In this document: positions 60,364 to 64,000 of the stretch, in pieces
Position numbering within the stretch: position 1 is the first letter of the stretch
Layout of the letters: each line of letters begins with the position of its first letter
From: a phage
Length of the DNA stretch: 64,000 nt
Sequence record: PZ386965.1
Strand: one strand, 5' to 3'
Notes under the pieces: model-generated
Databases searched by the model: none
The model's input: only the letters and a program-made list of their open reading frames with translations
What the model was told of the DNA's origin: nothing
Program-made: the position numbers and the translations under genes

Positions 60364-60392
60364 ATAATAACATAACCATAGACCTTGTAAAC
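60364..60392 (-). promoter_or_regulatory. early-type promoter with 8-bp inverted repeat straddling -10
   Basis: GTTTAC AAGGTCTATGG... TATTAT AGACCT. Confidence 0.55.
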
Positions 60393-60394
60393 AA

Positions 60395-60682
60395 CTAAAA
60401 GAAACTTTTTTCGGTATTTTTTCCACTGAACCAAACAGACTTCGGGATTTTTTGTAATTTTTCAGATTTAAGTTTCTCTTCCTGTTCTTTCTTATATACA
60501 CTCTTGTCGTACTGGAGCATCTCTATGGCATTCTTTTGCAAATGATCTAAGGTAATTAAGGCTTTAGTTTTTCCTTTCAAGGAAGAGTCCTGGCGAACCT
60601 CCTCGCTATATTGCATTGTAGAACTAACCATACGATGTGCATAGAGTTCGACTGCGGCTTTAATTTTTTGCATAAAATCCAT
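60395..60682 (-). CDS. hypothetical protein, 95 aa
   Basis: ORF. Confidence 0.4.
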   Translation of the reverse strand: MDFMQKIKAAVELYAHRMVSSTMQYSEEVRQDSSLKGKTKALITLDHLQKNAIEMLQYDKSVYKKEQEEKLKSEKLQKIPKSVWFSGKNTEKSFF

Positions 60683-60820
60683 AACATATCCTCTTTGATT
60701 TGTACATCATTATTTTTAAATATTTCTATGCCCTCAGTAGGTTCCTGGTGTCCTTCTTTGAGGTAAGCCATATGATTATTCATCTTTATGGCTTTTGTTA
60801 CCTCAGAACTTCCTATAAGC

Positions 60821-61822
60821 TTATTTCAGTAAAGTAACTTCCGAGATTTCTTCCCAACCATCTTTATCAGTTGAAATAAAATCTGCTACATAAAGAGCCG
60901 TACGTAATGATACATTGCGAAGACGAGATACGTTAGCCTTCATCCAGGACAATGCTTTATACGTTTCTGCATCCGTCAGACCACGTTTCTGCATCATGTC
61001 AGTAGATAATATTACATCTTCAACTCGAACCATAATCTCTTCATTAGAGTGTACTCCAAGGTCGAGATACACTGAACGAGATACTAAAGCTTGAAGGTGT
61101 GGAGCAAGTTTCGAACCCCGTTCTAACTCTTTATCGATATCAACGTTTGTAATGAAAACGATAGTACCTTCAAACTCAAATTCTTTATCAATACCCTTAT
61201 CCTCGAGATAAGATGACGCAGTGCTCCAACAAACTTTGCGTTTATCTCCGGTATCTAATGCGGCTTTAAGAAGGTTCAGGATGTCCATATCTGAGAATAC
61301 GTCAACGTCATCGATTAAGAGAACGCTGTCTGCATCACGGTTGAGCCAAAGTTGTTCGTAAAGGCCAATACCAGAGATTTTACCATTAATGCTTTTGTAT
61401 TTGATGAAACCATTATCATTAGCATTACTAAGTGCTTTATCCAGAGAATACGTCTTACCAATACCAGCTGCACCTGAAATAATGAGTGAACGAATTTTGC
61501 CATCGATAATGCCATTCGTCATCATGTTCATTACTTTAAAGCGTTTGTTGATACGAGTTTTCATATCTTCAGTGCTTTCAACAACTGCAACTGGTGATGT
61601 CTCAACTCCTTCCATTACGATGTCTGATTTGAAGACCCATACTCCACGTTCAGAACCATCAATCATAACGAAAATTTTACCGTCACCTAAGTGAGAACAT
61701 TCAGGATTAAGCTTTGCCGGGAACCAGGTCTTTGTGGCAACATAAGAACCAGAGATTTCGTTATTACGATAGATACCTTTTTTGATTTGAACGTTGAACA
61801 TTTTATTCTCCAATTTACTCAT
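60821..61822 (-). CDS. P-loop NTPase (AAA-like ATPase) of unknown function
   Basis: Walker A ISGAAGIGKTYS and Walker B VLLIDDVD. Confidence 0.6.
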   Translation of the reverse strand: MSKLENKMFNVQIKKGIYRNNEISGSYVATKTWFPAKLNPECSHLGDGKIFVMIDGSERGVWVFKSDIVMEGVETSPVAVVESTEDMKTRINKRFKVMNMMTNGIIDGKIRSLIISGAAGIGKTYSLDKALSNANDNGFIKYKSINGKISGIGLYEQLWLNRDADSVLLIDDVDVFSDMDILNLLKAALDTGDKRKVCWSTASSYLEDKGIDKEFEFEGTIVFITNVDIDKELERGSKLAPHLQALVSRSVYLDLGVHSNEEIMVRVEDVILSTDMMQKRGLTDAETYKALSWMKANVSRLRNVSLRTALYVADFISTDKDGWEEISEVTLLK

Positions 61823-61890
61823 TTCGTTTCGATAGGTCTATAGTATCATATCCTAAAAGCATGTACACTACTTTTTAAAAATATTTTAAC

Positions 61891-61915
61891 CCCCTAAAGG
61901 GACCCGAAGGTCCCC
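61891..61915 (-). terminator. hairpin after secreted-protein gene (possible terminator)
   Basis: GGGACC-ttcg-GGTCCC; T-run interrupted. Confidence 0.4.
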
Positions 61916-61919
61916 ACAT

Positions 61920-62186
61920 TTACTTATCACACTTAGCAACATAATTAGGCATATCACAGAATACGGAGCGTGTAACTACTCGACCCTTTGACCATGCTTC
62001 AGTTGCTTGTCCGGCCGTGCTATTAATATAGCTTGATTTGATATTCTCAATACCCTGAGAATGTGATGCATTTACCGAACCGTTAGAAGGCGCAGAAGAC
62101 TGGTTACCACCAGCTCCTGTACCTGTGGTAGCACCAACAGAGAATGCCATCATTACTGCGAATAAACCAATTACTAATTTTTTCAT
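61920..62186 (-). CDS. secreted small protein, 88 aa
   Basis: N-terminal signal peptide; Ser/Gly/Asn-rich. Confidence 0.5.
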   Translation of the reverse strand: MKKLVIGLFAVMMAFSVGATTGTGAGGNQSSAPSNGSVNASHSQGIENIKSSYINSTAGQATEAWSKGRVVTRSVFCDMPNYVAKCDK

Positions 62187-62217
62187 ATTTACCTCAAGTT
62201 AATGGTTATTTATCTAC

Positions 62218-63207
62218 TTATTTATAGTAAGAATTATGATTTTCGAGATAGACTTGCTCAAGGAAATCATCCCAGAAACTCATATCTACTTTTTGTTGCA
62301 TACCATTCTTGGCAGCTTGTTCTGACGCATGTTCAACTTGGTCAACGATATCTTCTAGGAATTCTTGTACAGTTTTAAACGTATGTTTACCAAGCTTAAC
62401 ATCGAGAATAAATGGAGCATCTTGAAGTGGGTAAACCAGGTCGCCGGTTTTGTAAATTTCCAATAATTGAAGTCCACCACGACATGCATGACTCAATGCT
62501 TTCCAGTCAATACCTTCGTTAGCTTCTGCCTTACGAGCACGTTCACCATAGTTCTCTTCTAGTTTAACCAGGATGGCATTGAACTCTTTATTGGTTAACG
62601 TGTCTTGGAATTTACGGTCTAACAGATTATAGAATGTTTGCTTACCTGTTTTCTCGTTTTCGGTTTCAACCCACGAAGCAAATTCACCTACAGGCAGAAC
62701 ATTCTTCATATGTGATAAACGAATTACTGCACCATTATCAAAGTATTGTCCCCATTCATTAGAACGTTTAAGGGCTTGACGAAGAACAGCCAGTCGAGAA
62801 CCCTTGACACCGTATTTAGAAGCTTGCTTACGGACATACCCTAAATAAGATTTCATGTTAGTGGTATAGAAACGAGACCTGTTATCTTGAATATACTTCC
62901 ATACATCAGGCAAATCAGATTTAACTACTAGACTTGGTGGAGTGTGAAGCATATCTAATGCGACGGTTTCACCATCCGCAGCTAGTTTAAAGAAATATTT
63001 GAGACTATACAACTCATGGTCTACGTCGTCTTTTGTGTTCTTAGAAGATGTGTTATTCGTGTTCTTGCTCATGTGTTCTTTAACGTTACCGGTCAAGATA
63101 TCACGAGCATGAGGGACATAAATTTCTTTAAAATCGACGTCAGATTCAGGAGTAGACGTTCCATAAAGGTGGCTACCAAAGTAGCTTTTCATAATTGTTT
63201 TCATCAT
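62218..63207 (-). CDS. Pol-beta-superfamily nucleotidyltransferase-like protein
   Basis: 329 aa; N-terminal GS-x10-DVD motif (FGSHLYGTSTPESDVDF). Confidence 0.5.
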   Translation of the reverse strand: MMKTIMKSYFGSHLYGTSTPESDVDFKEIYVPHARDILTGNVKEHMSKNTNNTSSKNTKDDVDHELYSLKYFFKLAADGETVALDMLHTPPSLVVKSDLPDVWKYIQDNRSRFYTTNMKSYLGYVRKQASKYGVKGSRLAVLRQALKRSNEWGQYFDNGAVIRLSHMKNVLPVGEFASWVETENEKTGKQTFYNLLDRKFQDTLTNKEFNAILVKLEENYGERARKAEANEGIDWKALSHACRGGLQLLEIYKTGDLVYPLQDAPFILDVKLGKHTFKTVQEFLEDIVDQVEHASEQAAKNGMQQKVDMSFWDDFLEQVYLENHNSYYK

Positions 63208-63677
63208 TTAGCCTTATATTCAAGAGTAGGACAGACTTTTTCTTTACGAGCTTTAAGGTATTCACCTATTAATGATTTCTTACGTTCAATAGGTTCAAGT
63301 CCATTTTTAATTCGTTCTTGGTTTTGCGCAATGAGCTCAATTTCTTTATAATATTTTCTGTCGTTATATTTGTCTAATAACCAAGATGGACCAATTACCG
63401 CCCCGACAGCAATAAGAACCATTACTGATATTGTTAAAATGCCTATACCAATTGAAGCAGGAACTAATGTCCATAAACTACTAAAGACAAAGAATTTAGT
63501 TAAAATTTCTTGGCCAATGATTGCGGCACCTGCTAAAGTTGCAAATCCAACAATTGAAACAGCCAATACCGGAATAAACGTTTTCCAAAAATAAGCACAT
63601 AATGTTTTCGGACGATTCCATGTACTATTGAACGTGGCATAAATTTTAAAGTGCCAAGAGTTTTCATTGATAATCAT
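63204..63677 (-). CDS. membrane protein, 157 aa
   Basis: multiple TM segments. Confidence 0.5.
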   Translation of the reverse strand: MIINENSWHFKIYATFNSTWNRPKTLCAYFWKTFIPVLAVSIVGFATLAGAAIIGQEILTKFFVFSSLWTLVPASIGIGILTISVMVLIAVGAVIGPSWLLDKYNDRKYYKEIELIAQNQERIKNGLEPIERKKSLIGEYLKARKEKVCPTLEYKAK

Positions 63678-63686
63678 AATAATTCC

Positions 63687-63941
63687 TTATTTCAAAGTCG
63701 GGATAATAGAATCGAGATAAGCTTTAAGAGCAACTGCTTCATCTTTGTCTAATGTAATGATATGTTGACGAAGGTCGTCAATTTGACGAATAACTACAAC
63801 ATCACCGTCTTCATAAGAAGGATTAACGCTCAGGACTGTTGTATAGTCAGGGTTGTCCTGATTTGTAATAAAAGCATTACGACATTTAGCCCATTGAAGT
63901 TTGGCCTTTTTGGCTGTTTCAGATTCCATGAATTCTTTCAC
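63687..63941 (-). CDS. hypothetical protein, 84 aa
   Basis: ORF. Confidence 0.45.
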   Translation of the reverse strand: MKEFMESETAKKAKLQWAKCRNAFITNQDNPDYTTVLSVNPSYEDGDVVVIRQIDDLRQHIITLDKDEAVALKAYLDSIIPTLK

Positions 63942-64000
63942 TTTAGCGACGAATGTTTTCCAATTATTAATAGAAAAACATTCGTCTTCTGTTTCGATAT

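Noticed and set aside
1-64000. tRNA genes, CRISPR arrays, integrase or transposase
   Set aside because: None seen; the window is densely coding with T4-like synteny, and the only mobile-type gene is the HNH endonuclease.

Overview
This window is a T4-like (Tevenvirinae) phage early/replication region, and the DNA polymerase is of the RB69 type. Almost all genes are on the minus strand in T4 order: motA, 52, ndd, denB-like, rIIB, rIIA, 39, dexA, dda, srd, modA/modB, soc, 56, 61, sp, 41, 40, uvsX, 42, 43, regA, 62, 44, 45, rpbA, 46, 47, 55, nrdH, nrdG, nrdD, 49, nrdC, then a block of uncharacterised genes. The main finding is a distributed DNA-hypermodification system where T4 carries its glucosyltransferases: no alpha-gt or beta-gt is present. 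In their place there is a GT-B-like glycosyltransferase between rIIA.1 and gene 39, a two-gene insert at the beta-gt locus, and a five-gene sugar-nucleotide cassette between genes 43 and 42 (SIS-domain arabinose-5-phosphate-isomerase-like, fused nucleotidyltransferase/kinase, HAD phosphatase, a Cys-rich enzyme). Together with dCMP hydroxymethylase (42) and dCTPase (56), this predicts a phage-encoded route to an NDP-pentose, most plausibly D-arabinose, for glycosylating hydroxymethylcytosine DNA. Other observations are a late-promoter-driven HNH homing endonuclease on the opposite strand, a tandem triplicated gene family, a duplicated promoter/5'UTR cassette, early promoters with the -10 element embedded in inverted repeats, and a family of tetraloop terminators. 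All calls are from reading the sequence and ORF translations; no database search was run. Coordinates of motifs outside the ORF track may be off by 1-2 nt.
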